Part shown: in pieces, positions 33,535-42,174 of the stretch
Layout: every line of letters starts with the position of its first letter
Numbering within the stretch: position 1 is the stretch's first letter
Virus record (IMG/VR): IMGVR_UViG_3300042196_000317
Location: 1-45,875 of that record
DNA from: a virus
Taxonomy: Duplodnaviria; Caudoviricetes
DNA length: 45,875 nucleotides
Strand: one strand, 5' to 3'
Program-made: the position numbers and the translations under genes
The notes under the pieces: model-generated
Seen by the model: the letters and a program-made list of their open reading frames with translations, nothing else
The model's database searches: none
What the model was told of the DNA's origin: nothing

Positions 33535-34298
33535 GGCTCCCGGTACTCGAGGGGGACGGTGACAGGCCGAACATACAGGCCGCGCCGGTGCTTCACGAGG
33601 CTTCGGGCGCGGCTCGCGAACTCGCGGCGGAGCTGCGTCTTGAAGCCGGTCGCCGGGTCCTGGGTCAGCGAGGCGGGGTGGACGCGCCGGACGTACAGCG
33701 CCTTGTTGACCGGCTGCACGACGATGCGCAGCGCCCGGGCCCGCAGGATCAGGTCGTGGTCGGCCGCGATCGGCCACGCTCGGTAGCCGCCCAGCTTCTC
33801 CCATGCCGGATGCGAGATCACCGCGACCCCGGATCTGAAGCTCGTCCGGCGCCGCAGGATGCGGCCGTGCTCGTTGATCTGGCTCCGGCCGCCACCGGCG
33901 ATTCCGTTCTTGCCCATCCAGTGAAGCAACGTCTTCAGGTAGGGCGGCCGCATCATGTCGTCGGCGTCGAAGATCGCGTACGCCGACGCCGGCTCGAGCA
34001 GCACGAGGCTGTTCCTCATCACGTACGGGCCGACCGACTCCGCGGCGTACCAGTGCGGCCGGCCGGCGCGGAGGAGCAAGCGCGAAGTCTCGGGACACCC
34101 GTCGACCCCGACGCGGAGCGAGTACTCCCACCCCGCTCGCGCCTCCTGGCCGTCGATCGAGTCGAGCGCCTCGAGGATCCAGCGCGTCGCGCGTCGCGCG
34201 GCCATGACCACCGCGCACGTCCCGCCAGGGTCGGTCGGAGCACGGCGACGGCGGAGCTGCGCGCGGCCTCGGCCGCGGCGCCGGGGAGGGCCCGGCAC
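33531..34298 (-). CDS. GT2-family glycosyltransferase
   Basis: AVVMAA..WILEALDSI..Q...VGVDG...GPYVMRN...IFDADD...WEKLGGY....AADHDL..R...YVRRVHPASLT. Confidence 0.85.
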   Translation of the reverse strand: MPGPPRRRGRGRAQLRRRRAPTDPGGTCAVVMAARRATRWILEALDSIDGQEARAGWEYSLRVGVDGCPETSRLLLRAGRPHWYAAESVGPYVMRNSLVLLEPASAYAIFDADDMMRPPYLKTLLHWMGKNGIAGGGRSQINEHGRILRRRTSFRSGVAVISHPAWEKLGGYRAWPIAADHDLILRARALRIVVQPVNKALYVRRVHPASLTQDPATGFKTQLRREFASRARSLVKHRRGLYVRPVTVPLEYREP

Positions 34299-34675
34299 TA
34301 CTCGAGCCTGATACCGTCCTGGCGCTCGCGGATCAGCTCGGCCGTGGCGATCTCCTCCGCCTCCACCCGGTCCCGGAGCGCAAGCTGCTCCCACGGGCTC
34401 TTGTTCAGCACGCGACCGCGCCAGCCCCCGAAGAGCATCCGCCACTTCCGCCGCAGCCAGTTGCGGACGCCGGCGTACTCCTTCAGGTAGACCTCGTGGT
34501 GGTACCACGCGAGGAGCTCCCACACGTGGTTGCGCCGCGCGTACTCGCGGCCGTCCGGCGGCAACCGCCACTGTCTGATCTTCGGCATCGGCGGGAGCTT
34601 CATCGCCTCGAGGCGCGCCTGGGTCTCCGCCTCGAGCTGCTCCTGGATCAGCGCGTTCTTCGGACCCTTCGCCAT
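34298..34675 (-). CDS. Hypothetical protein
   Basis: MAKGPKNALIQEQLEAE...; TGATG-coupled. Confidence 0.6.
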   Translation of the reverse strand: MAKGPKNALIQEQLEAETQARLEAMKLPPMPKIRQWRLPPDGREYARRNHVWELLAWYHHEVYLKEYAGVRNWLRRKWRMLFGGWRGRVLNKSPWEQLALRDRVEAEEIATAELIRERQDGIRLE

Positions 34676-35040
34676 CAGAGGTACATGTCGTGCAGCGCGT
34701 GAACGATGGCCATGAAGAGGCTGTCCTTGAGGCGCTGCTCGAGCGGGAGCTCGTGGTACGGCAGGATGCACGGATGCGTTTTCGCGTCCGGGTCCTTCAC
34801 GGCTCCGTAGGTCCACCCGGCCTCGAGCTTCTCCTTCATCCAGCTCTCGTGGGAGTCGATGGGGTTGGCCAGCGGGTTGTCCTGGTGGAAGAGCACGCCG
34901 TTGATCGCGCTCTCACGCTGCCAGTCGGGCGCGTCCTCCCACGACGGTTGAGAGTCGTCGCCGATCGTCGAGCAGTACGCGCGATTGGCTTCGTGACAGA
35001 CCCTCGCGATGGCCTCAGCCTCCGCCATCTCCTCGATCAC
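34675..35040 (-). CDS. RyR-domain protein
   Basis: IARVCHEANRAYC...SHESWMKEKLEAGWTYGAVKDPDAKTHPCILPYHELPLEQRLKD is the RyR repeat signature. Confidence 0.85.
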   Translation of the reverse strand: MIEEMAEAEAIARVCHEANRAYCSTIGDDSQPSWEDAPDWQRESAINGVLFHQDNPLANPIDSHESWMKEKLEAGWTYGAVKDPDAKTHPCILPYHELPLEQRLKDSLFMAIVHALHDMYL

Positions 35041-35345
35041 CCGTTCCTCGCGATGCCGGCGTTGGCCGCCATGACGCATTCCTCGAGCTTCGTGAGCGCG
35101 ACGTGGAGCTCGCGGCCGGGCGGCACGAGGTCGACGAGCCGGTGCGCGTACTCGCGGGCCCGGTCGCGGATCTCGTTGTACTTCGGGACCTGCGCGTCGG
35201 TGGGCGCGTGGTACTTGAAGTCGCGCTCGATTCGGTCGTGCAGATCGAGTCGCTCCGTGACGCCTCCCGCTCCGGGCTGGCCCTGGTCATCGGGTCGACG
35301 GAGACCGCCGTCGTGGGGAGCGGCCCGGCTGATCGGGTCGTTCAT
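35037..35345 (-). CDS. Acb2/Tad1-like helical-hairpin protein (candidate immune-signal sponge)
   Basis: FKYHAPTDAQVPKYNEIR...PPGRELHVALTKLEECVMAANAGIAR. Confidence 0.7.
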   Translation of the reverse strand: MNDPISRAAPHDGGLRRPDDQGQPGAGGVTERLDLHDRIERDFKYHAPTDAQVPKYNEIRDRAREYAHRLVDLVPPGRELHVALTKLEECVMAANAGIARNG

Positions 35346-35494
35346 GCGTCGGCCCTCCGGGTGCGGTGCTTGCGCTGGCGCCGCTTCCGCTTCGAGGGTC
35401 GGCCCATCGCACGTTGGTGCTTTTTCTTCCGCGTGCCGAGCCTCGCCTTGTCGCGCGCGAGCTGGTCCTTCGACGATCGATCCTTGCGGTACAT
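35342..35494 (-). CDS. 50-aa highly basic peptide
   Basis: Below the ORF-track cutoff: MYRKDRSSKDQLARDKARLGTRKKKHQRAMGRPSKRKRRQRKHRTRRADA; G-rich RBS; ATGA-coupled to the next gene. Confidence 0.55.
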   Translation of the reverse strand: MYRKDRSSKDQLARDKARLGTRKKKHQRAMGRPSKRKRRQRKHRTRRADA

Positions 35495-35502
35495 CGCCCC
35501 CC

Positions 35503-35709
35503 CTACTCGTCGGCGCTCGTGACCGGGTAGGTGCCGCCGACCGAGGAGGAGCTGACGGCGCTCGTGACCTTCTTCGTCGGCGGACGGCCCTTCGACGTCT
35601 TCGCCGGCATCGGCCCCGACGCGTCCGGCTGGCCCGGCTTCTTCGGCCGACCGTGGTTCGGCTTGGCGGTCTCGCTCCCTGAGCTCGGGTAGCCTCGTCC
35701 TTGTGGCAT
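35503..35709 (-). CDS. Small Pro/Lys/Ser-rich disordered protein
   Basis: Starts 1 nt after the TerL stop and fills the operon gap. Confidence 0.55.
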   Translation of the reverse strand: MPQGRGYPSSGSETAKPNHGRPKKPGQPDASGPMPAKTSKGRPPTKKVTSAVSSSSVGGTYPVTSADE

Positions 35710-35710
35710 G

Positions 35711-37462
35711 TCAGTCGACCCTTTCCGTGAGGTGAGCTGGCAGTGGACTCGGTGATCGGGGCACGCGATCGACGAGCCTGCGCGCCTCGAGCATCCGGTC
35801 GAGGCCCTCCTCGCTGAACGCCTGGAAGTCCTCGTCCTCGTCCGGGTGGAGACGGTGACGAATCCAGTTCCAGATCATCACCGCGTCCGCCCTGTCCGGG
35901 CTCCGGCCGAGTCGTTCAGCGATCAGGGCCTTCTCTTCGCATGTGATCTTACCGAGTACGGGCTTCCAGCGCATCGCCCGCAGCTCTTCGTGCAGCTCGG
36001 CGTCGGGTGGCAAGGCGACGCGGTCCATTTGGAGATCGAGCGAGAGGCGCCACGCCATTTGCGCCCGGACGTTGCGATAGAGCACGTCCTCGCGCACCGG
36101 GTTGCCGTGCTCGTCGAGCTCCGTCTCGTCGATGCGCGGCCGCGCGGCCGCACCGGGGTTGATCGACTGCACGTACAGCCCGAGCGACTTCAGCATGTCG
36201 ACCGTGCCGCCGCCGTACCCGCCGCCGACGTCGATCCCGACGTTCTGCTCGCTGATGTCCCGGGTCGCCATCATCGCGGCGATCCGGACGCCGAGCGCGT
36301 GGACGTCGGGGCACGGGAACGCCGGGACCTCGTCGAGATGGGCGCCGAGCCCGTCCGCGATCGCGGCCAGGTCACCGGCCTCCGAACGCGCGACGTCGAC
36401 GCCGAGCCCCGGTAGGCCGTAGCGCAGATCCCCGGTCCTCCACCGTTCGGCCGCGCGGTCGAGCCACACCTGGCGGATGAGCGCGGTCTGGTGTTCCGGA
36501 GGGCTGATTCCGCGGACGCGGGACTGGAAGTGCCGGTGCTCGCGACCGTAGCGGCGCAGCCGGCGCGCGATCGACATCCTCGAGACCGCGCCCGGCACGA
36601 TCATCACGTCGCCCTTCAGGTCCCGCCACTCGGGATCCCGCACGTTGTTGACCACCACGTTCGGGTGATCGAGCGCGCTGATCCGGATGTGAACCGTGTC
36701 TGGCAGGATGCAGAACTGGTGGAGCGCGTCGTCCTGCGAGTCGGGGTTGCCGACGTACTGACGCAGGTTGTGGGGCGCCGTGCAGGTGTTCTCGAGGCCC
36801 GCTGACGCCGCGTGGTGGAACTCCTGCGACTCCTCGACCGAGATCAGCATGTGGGGGGCGTGCATGCCCGCGGCGCCGGCGGCGATCTCCGTGGCCGCGC
36901 CGACCTTCACGCCCTGGCCGAACGCGCCCCAGCCCGTCATCTCGCCTTCGCGGATCTTGCCGTCCATTCGGACCCGGAGGACCCCGAGGTGCGCGGAGGG
37001 GAAGACCACTCGGAACCGCGGCCAGAGCTTGCCGAGCTCCATCCACGAGTACTCCTCGAGCTGCTCCTTCTTCGCCGCGAAGTCGAACGCTCTGGCCGAC
37101 TGCCAGCTCGCCAGAAACCAGAGCTTCGTCAGCGCGAGACCGAAGCTCTTGCCGGTCCCGGTCGCGCTCTCGATCCCGACGTCTTTCCAGTCGACGAGCG
37201 CACCGAACCAGGCCGCGATCGGGTCCGGCGTGCCGTCCCACACGTGGCCCTCGTACTCGGGCAGCTCGCTCCAGACCAGGGTCTCCCGCCGGATCCCGAG
37301 CTCAGAGACGCAGAAGCCCACCGGATCCGTCTGGTAGTGCTCCATCCCCGGCGGGGCCTCAGCCGACGTGCTGAGCTGCTCTGACGCCTTCCTGAGCCCC
37401 TCAGCGACCACCGACCGGGGCCGCGCCTCCCACCACGCACCACTGAGTGCGGAGCCTGTCAC
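35711..37462 (-). CDS. terL: Terminase large subunit
   Basis: Walker A SATGTGKS, Walker B ISVEES, motif III VGNP, nuclease LGVDVAR...IDVGGGYGGG...RSPDRADA. Confidence 0.92.
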   Translation of the reverse strand: MTGSALSGAWWEARPRSVVAEGLRKASEQLSTSAEAPPGMEHYQTDPVGFCVSELGIRRETLVWSELPEYEGHVWDGTPDPIAAWFGALVDWKDVGIESATGTGKSFGLALTKLWFLASWQSARAFDFAAKKEQLEEYSWMELGKLWPRFRVVFPSAHLGVLRVRMDGKIREGEMTGWGAFGQGVKVGAATEIAAGAAGMHAPHMLISVEESQEFHHAASAGLENTCTAPHNLRQYVGNPDSQDDALHQFCILPDTVHIRISALDHPNVVVNNVRDPEWRDLKGDVMIVPGAVSRMSIARRLRRYGREHRHFQSRVRGISPPEHQTALIRQVWLDRAAERWRTGDLRYGLPGLGVDVARSEAGDLAAIADGLGAHLDEVPAFPCPDVHALGVRIAAMMATRDISEQNVGIDVGGGYGGGTVDMLKSLGLYVQSINPGAAARPRIDETELDEHGNPVREDVLYRNVRAQMAWRLSLDLQMDRVALPPDAELHEELRAMRWKPVLGKITCEEKALIAERLGRSPDRADAVMIWNWIRHRLHPDEDEDFQAFSEEGLDRMLEARRLVDRVPRSPSPLPAHLTERVD

Positions 37463-37677
37463 GAGGGTAGGTTCAGCCCCGCCATCTCGTAGCGTCGGAC
37501 ACCCGCTCGCTCGGTCGGCATCAGGACGTACGGCGTGTCACCGTGGTGCCACTGCACCGCGACCTCCGATCTCGAGCCGAGCACGCGGACGTAGAGGATC
37601 GCGGGGAGCGGCGCGCCCAACTTCAGGCGCTTACCGTCCCACGGCCCGCCGACGAACTCGATCGAGGTCGCTGTCAT
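37459..37677 (-). CDS. Small hypothetical protein (FVGGPWDG motif)
   Basis: GGPxDG is a common small phage protein motif; coupled to the TerL start. Confidence 0.6.
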   Translation of the reverse strand: MTATSIEFVGGPWDGKRLKLGAPLPAILYVRVLGSRSEVAVQWHHGDTPYVLMPTERAGVRRYEMAGLNLPS

Positions 37678-38448
37678 TCACTCGCCGTCCACGAAGCAGC
37701 CGCAGCCACCGATCTCGAGCATGTCGACCTGGTCGCCGCCCTCGAGCCGCTCACGCAACGCCCTGAGCGTGAGCGGCGTCACGGAGCCGCCCGTGCGGTC
37801 TCGCAGGATCGAGACGTCGCCAAGCTCGGCGCGGAGGCGCTCCTCGTTCTGCTCCCACTCGGCGAACCGACACGGGTCTGCGGCAAGCAACCGGGCGAAG
37901 CCGCCCTGGCCCATCTTGATGCAGCCGCCCCCGCAGTTGGCGTGCGGCATGCCGAGCTGGTAGAGCCGCTGCCGCTCGAGCCCGGCGAGCTCCGCCCACT
38001 CGTGCAGGTCGTCTTTCGTGAGGTAGGGCGGATCGCACAGCGGCGCCTCGTAGACCCACGGCCGCTTGCGCTCGCGGAGTCGCTCGTATCGATGGATCTC
38101 GCTCCAGTCGATGCCGACGTAGACGATCACGTTCTCGGGCTCGTAGTGCTCGGCGAGCCACGCGTCGGCCAGATCGCGCTTCAGCACGCGCGAGCACGGA
38201 TCGACCCGCGAGTTGCCGAGGAAGCGCACGTCGGAAAAGACCTGCCACGGCGTCCGTCCGTCCGCGATCTCGACGAGCTGGCCCCCGACGTTCGCCGCGG
38301 CCTCACGCAGGAAGCGGTACGTGTCCGCGTCCTCGATCAGCGTGTCGGTGAAGAGGAGGACCAGGTCCTCGGTCCCGTGCTTCTCGGCCACGCGCCGCGC
38401 GGCCGCCCACGAGCCGACGCCGCCCGAGAACATCACGACGCGGCTCAC
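37678..38448 (-). CDS. PAPS-reductase-like / PP-loop adenine nucleotide alpha-hydrolase
   Basis: VVMFSGGVGSW, LLFTDTLIEDADTYRF, PCSRVLK, HANCGGGCIKMG, GGCGCF. Confidence 0.8.
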   Translation of the reverse strand: MSRVVMFSGGVGSWAAARRVAEKHGTEDLVLLFTDTLIEDADTYRFLREAAANVGGQLVEIADGRTPWQVFSDVRFLGNSRVDPCSRVLKRDLADAWLAEHYEPENVIVYVGIDWSEIHRYERLRERKRPWVYEAPLCDPPYLTKDDLHEWAELAGLERQRLYQLGMPHANCGGGCIKMGQGGFARLLAADPCRFAEWEQNEERLRAELGDVSILRDRTGGSVTPLTLRALRERLEGGDQVDMLEIGGCGCFVDGE

Positions 38449-39062
38449 ACGGCCTCGATCTTGAGCCAATCCTGACGGATCTGTTCGCGGACCGCCTCGT
38501 CGTGGACCCTGGCGTCGACCACCCTGCCCATCGCTAGCATGATCCGGTAGAAGGTGCCCCGGGGGATGTACTTGTCCGACGTCGCCCGCTCGATGCGGTA
38601 GACGATGCGGCTGATCGACTCGAGCGCCGGGAAGAGCTCGGCGATGTCGGGCACGCGTGCCGGGCGGTCCTCCGGGAGCCGGCTCTCGTTCCACTCGAGG
38701 ATCGCGTCACGGAGGAGGGCGTAGCGCTCGGTCCAGTCGACCAGGAGCGCCCGGGCGAGCGTGAGCTCCTGCGTCACGTCGAGCGGGTTGCCGGCCGCGT
38801 GGATCTCCTCCTGGATCTCCTGGATCCGCACGTCGGAGACCGTCGAGTACAGCCCGTGCTTCAGCCGCCGATCGGTGTCTCGGTTCTTGATCCCGCCGTG
38901 CAGCTTGCAGGCGCCTCGCCCGGCGTGGGACGTGCCCCATCCGGCCGGGAGCGTGCAAAGGCCCGTCCGCCGGATCCGCATCCGTCCGCACGTCGGGTAC
39001 GGCCGCTCGTACAGCTTCCGATCGAACGCGGCCAGGGCGCCCTCATGGTCCTGCTCCGTCAT
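38445..39062 (-). CDS. Probable terminase small subunit (HGG-motif type)
   Basis: CGR...CTLPAGWGTSHAGRGACKLHGG...KHGLYS followed by a helical region, upstream of TerL. Confidence 0.65.
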   Translation of the reverse strand: MTEQDHEGALAAFDRKLYERPYPTCGRMRIRRTGLCTLPAGWGTSHAGRGACKLHGGIKNRDTDRRLKHGLYSTVSDVRIQEIQEEIHAAGNPLDVTQELTLARALLVDWTERYALLRDAILEWNESRLPEDRPARVPDIAELFPALESISRIVYRIERATSDKYIPRGTFYRIMLAMGRVVDARVHDEAVREQIRQDWLKIEAV

Positions 39063-39457
39063 AGGGCTGGGCTGGAGGAATCACCGTCATGGGGACCCTC
39101 CCGTGCGATGACTCGACGGATCTCCTCGTAGCGCACCTCCAGCTCGGCGCTCAGCTCATCGTCGGTCAGCTCCTCGTCCCGAGTCGACCAGTGGCTCGGA
39201 TCGGGACGAATCTGGAGCAGGTACTCCATCGGCACGCTGTCCATCCACACCTCCGGGTCCGCACCCAGCGCATCGAACGCGTCGCTCGCCTGCATGGTGA
39301 CCGAGCTGGCCATCGGCCCCTTCCCGGCGTCCGCCCCCGCCGCCAGCTCGAAGACCAGCACGTCAAGGCTGGTTCGGTTGCTGATCGCCCACATCAGCGC
39401 GTCCGTCCACGCCATCATGTAGCTGAGCGACGCCCGGCGGAACGCCGAGGTGGTCAC
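39059..39457 (-). CDS. Hypothetical protein
   Basis: GTGA/ATGA coupling at both ends. Confidence 0.55.
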   Translation of the reverse strand: MTTSAFRRASLSYMMAWTDALMWAISNRTSLDVLVFELAAGADAGKGPMASSVTMQASDAFDALGADPEVWMDSVPMEYLLQIRPDPSHWSTRDEELTDDELSAELEVRYEEIRRVIAREGPHDGDSSSPAL

Positions 39458-40056
39458 CGGCTCGCTCGGCCGGCCATTACGGCCCGTTCGAGGTCCGTCA
39501 GATCCCACTCGGCCACGACCGCGCACAGGTCACCGTGGAGCGGCCGGAGCAGGTAGGGGTCGCGGTCCGGGACGGCTCCGATCGGGGTGTCTGACCACTC
39601 CTCCACCTCCCATAGGATCAGGTGCTCACTGAGATGGGAGCGGCCCCCGGCGGCTCGGAGCGCATGCGGCGGCACCATCGGCACGAGCGCGTAGCCGGTA
39701 CCGGCTCGGGCGCCTTGCTCGTTCGGGATCGTTATGAGGAGGAGCGAGCCCTCCGTGACGGGCCGCCCAAAGCCCGACGTGGAATCGAAATGGCTATCTG
39801 CGCGCCACGAGCTCGTGACCCGCACCTGCGTCCGGTCCGCGCGAGCGATGGCGAGCATCGGCCGATTCTTGCCGTCCGTGGGCGCGTCCCGGATCGCACG
39901 CCCGTACTGGATGACCGGCGTGCCCTCCGCGAGCGCCCGGTAGCCTGCGGCCGCTGCCTGGTACTCGGCGTCCGCGCTCCGGTGCAGGCTCGCACGGTAG
40001 GACTTCAGCCGCTCCCGCGCCTCTTCCGGATCCATCGTGATCGCCTCGACGTTCAT
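39454..40056 (-). CDS. Conserved-looking hypothetical phage protein
   Basis: ALVPMVPP...LILWEVEEW...DPYLL...VVAEWDLTDLERAV; GGAGG RBS. Confidence 0.7.
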   Translation of the reverse strand: MNVEAITMDPEEARERLKSYRASLHRSADAEYQAAAAGYRALAEGTPVIQYGRAIRDAPTDGKNRPMLAIARADRTQVRVTSSWRADSHFDSTSGFGRPVTEGSLLLITIPNEQGARAGTGYALVPMVPPHALRAAGGRSHLSEHLILWEVEEWSDTPIGAVPDRDPYLLRPLHGDLCAVVAEWDLTDLERAVMAGRASR

Positions 40057-40060
40057 CGCT

Positions 40061-40738
40061 TCAACCTCCTTGGGGGGGAACGCGGAAGACCATGTTGCGC
40101 TCGTCGAGCGGCTGGCCCTCGTACCCGAAGCCGGCGAGGAAGCGGGTGATCGGTTCGGTCCGGTCGCCACCGCTCCCGCTGTGGACCTCCACGAAGAGCA
40201 CCGGGGCCTCCGTCGCCAGGGTGACGGCCGCGCCGGATAGCGCGGCGAGCTCGTGGCCCTCGACGTCGACCTTGATGACGGCCACCGGGCGGCGCCGGTC
40301 CAGGTCGTCGATCCGCACCACTTCGACGTCGCCGGCCGGGTCCAGCATCAGCTTCCCGGTCGAGCAGATACCCTTCGCCTCGTCGTCGATCTTCATCCGG
40401 CCGAAGCCGGGCTCCGAGCTCGCGGCCCACCGCCTGACGATCCAGTCGACGTACGTCTTCGTCGACGCATAGAAGCGGGTCAGGTTCTCGTGGAGCCGCT
40501 GAAACCCGGCCGGGTTCGGCTCGAGGGTGATGACCTCGCGGGCGCCGGCGCGGACAGCGAGCATCGAGTAAAGACCCGTGTACGCGCCGACGTCGATGAC
40601 GCACCCGTGCGGGTCGTTCTCGATTGCCTCGACGAACGCGGCCACGGTCTCGGGCTCGTACGGACCCCGGCCCGACTCGACGTAGAGCGCGATCCGGTCG
40701 CGCTCCGTCCGGAGCTCCACGCCGTGTACGACCGTCAC
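40061..40738 (-). CDS. FkbM-family SAM-dependent methyltransferase
   Basis: YEPET, IDVGAYTGLYS, LEPNP, IKVDVEGHELAALSGA, PVLFVE. Confidence 0.9.
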   Translation of the reverse strand: MTVVHGVELRTERDRIALYVESGRGPYEPETVAAFVEAIENDPHGCVIDVGAYTGLYSMLAVRAGAREVITLEPNPAGFQRLHENLTRFYASTKTYVDWIVRRWAASSEPGFGRMKIDDEAKGICSTGKLMLDPAGDVEVVRIDDLDRRRPVAVIKVDVEGHELAALSGAAVTLATEAPVLFVEVHSGSGGDRTEPITRFLAGFGYEGQPLDERNMVFRVPPQGG

Positions 40739-41493
40739 TGAAGGAGGTCCTGCGCCTCGAGAATGACCTCGGCGATGGCGAGCGCATGACGGCGCGACAG
40801 TCGGCCGGTCAGGTCCACGTCAGCGTGAAGGCCGTATTGCTCGGCCCGTAGCGTGAACGATCCCCACGTTCCCGAGAGCGAGAGCGACGTCAGAAGCGGG
40901 TCTGGCGTAGGCTCCGGCTCGCCATCGGGCACGGGGGCCTCCGGTTTCGGCTCGATCACGTTCGGCTCGATCACGTGAGGGGGATCCGGGGCGGCCAGCT
41001 CCGAGGGGGAAGCGGCCAGCTCGAGCTCGTGCCGGGCCAAGTACGCCTTGATCGTCCCGAGCACTTTCTCGGTCACGTAGGGGACCGCGAGGAGGTTCTC
41101 CTCCGTCCACTCGAGGAGGTCGCGAACCTGCGTGATCTCCGCCTTGCGGAGTTCCCCCCGGGTCCGTGCCGGGAGCTCCATCATGTGGATCGGTCGCTTC
41201 ATGACGTCGGCGGGCTCCGCACGTTTCCGGATGCTCTTCCGCCCGTTCTGGCGCCGCTCGTCGAGTTGCTCCGTGACGAGCGAGCGGAGCCGGGTGAGAC
41301 GCTCCGACGTGTAGGACGAGGGCAACCTGGCGAGCTCGTCCGAAATGTGCTGCTGCGTCACGTCGCCGGCCGTCTGCATCCACAGCTCGGTCGCCAGGCG
41401 TTCAGCTCTTCGCTCGTCGGCCGCCAGCTCGTTCCTAGCGGTTGCCGCGGATCGCTCGGCCTCGAGTTCCTCAGCCGACAGTGTCTCACTCAT
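40735..41493 (-). CDS. Protein containing an RNA polymerase alpha-CTD-like domain
   Basis: PIHMMELPARTRGELRKAEITQVRDLLEWTEENLLAVPYVTEKVLGTIKAYLARHELEL aligns by eye with the alpha-CTD helix-hairpin-helix. Confidence 0.7.
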   Translation of the reverse strand: MSETLSAEELEAERSAATARNELAADERRAERLATELWMQTAGDVTQQHISDELARLPSSYTSERLTRLRSLVTEQLDERRQNGRKSIRKRAEPADVMKRPIHMMELPARTRGELRKAEITQVRDLLEWTEENLLAVPYVTEKVLGTIKAYLARHELELAASPSELAAPDPPHVIEPNVIEPKPEAPVPDGEPEPTPDPLLTSLSLSGTWGSFTLRAEQYGLHADVDLTGRLSRRHALAIAEVILEAQDLLQ

Positions 41494-41786
41494 TGCGGGT
41501 CCCTTCCGGGGGTTGTGGGGGAGCGGGGCTCGGCTGCCCAGGGCCACGGGTTCGCCTGCTCGAGCTCCTTGATCCGGGCCCGCACGTCGGGCCGCTTGAG
41601 GAGCCGCGCGCCATGCGTCGCAGCGACGTTGCCGCGAGCCGTGTAGCCGGCCGCCTCGTAGGAGCGGGTCGCGTTGTGTCGTGGCTTCTCGCGCCAGCTC
41701 GTCGGGGCGCCGTTGGTTGTGGGATGGCCCTCGACGTAGAAGCGGCAGAAGGCTTCGTGTTTGGCGTTACGGAGGGGGGAGGGCAC
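41490..41786 (-). CDS. Terminase small subunit N-terminal HTH-like protein (Terminase_2-like, short)
   Basis: LRNAKHEAFCRFYV...NATRSYEAAGY...AATHGARLLKRPDVRARIKEL. Confidence 0.7.
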   Translation of the reverse strand: MPSPLRNAKHEAFCRFYVEGHPTTNGAPTSWREKPRHNATRSYEAAGYTARGNVAATHGARLLKRPDVRARIKELEQANPWPWAAEPRSPTTPGRDPQ

Positions 41787-42119
41787 TCAGTCCTTGTAGG
41801 CCAGGGGGAGCTCGGGGCGCGCCCTGCGCCGGCCGCTGAAGTCGCGATCGACATCGTACCCGTCCGCCTCGAGCGCGTCGAGCTGCTGGCGGATCCGGAC
41901 GAGCGCGGCGCGCACGCTGACCGGCTTCACCGGGTCGGCGTCCAGGCACAGATCGCCGCGCGTCATGCGGAGCAGCTCGCGCGTGAACGCGTTGCGCGAG
42001 GTGCCGCAGCGCTGGCATACCTGCTGCGCGGTGTGAACGGGTCGGTTGTCGATCTTCACGACGACGACGGCCGGCCCGCTCCAGGCGTGGGAATAGTACA
42101 TGGGCCCAAGGTAGCGCAT
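41787..42119 (-). CDS. Hypothetical, possibly HTH DNA-binding protein (start uncertain, could be GTG ~42058)
   Basis: HTAQQVCQRCGTSRNAFTREL is HTH-like; first gene of the long leftward unit. Confidence 0.5.
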   Translation of the reverse strand: MRYLGPMYYSHAWSGPAVVVVKIDNRPVHTAQQVCQRCGTSRNAFTRELLRMTRGDLCLDADPVKPVSVRAALVRIRQQLDALEADGYDVDRDFSGRRRARPELPLAYKD

Positions 42120-42174
42120 CGGATGGTCAGGTGACAGATTCGGACGCACTACCCCCTTGGAAGGAGGATCTTCA

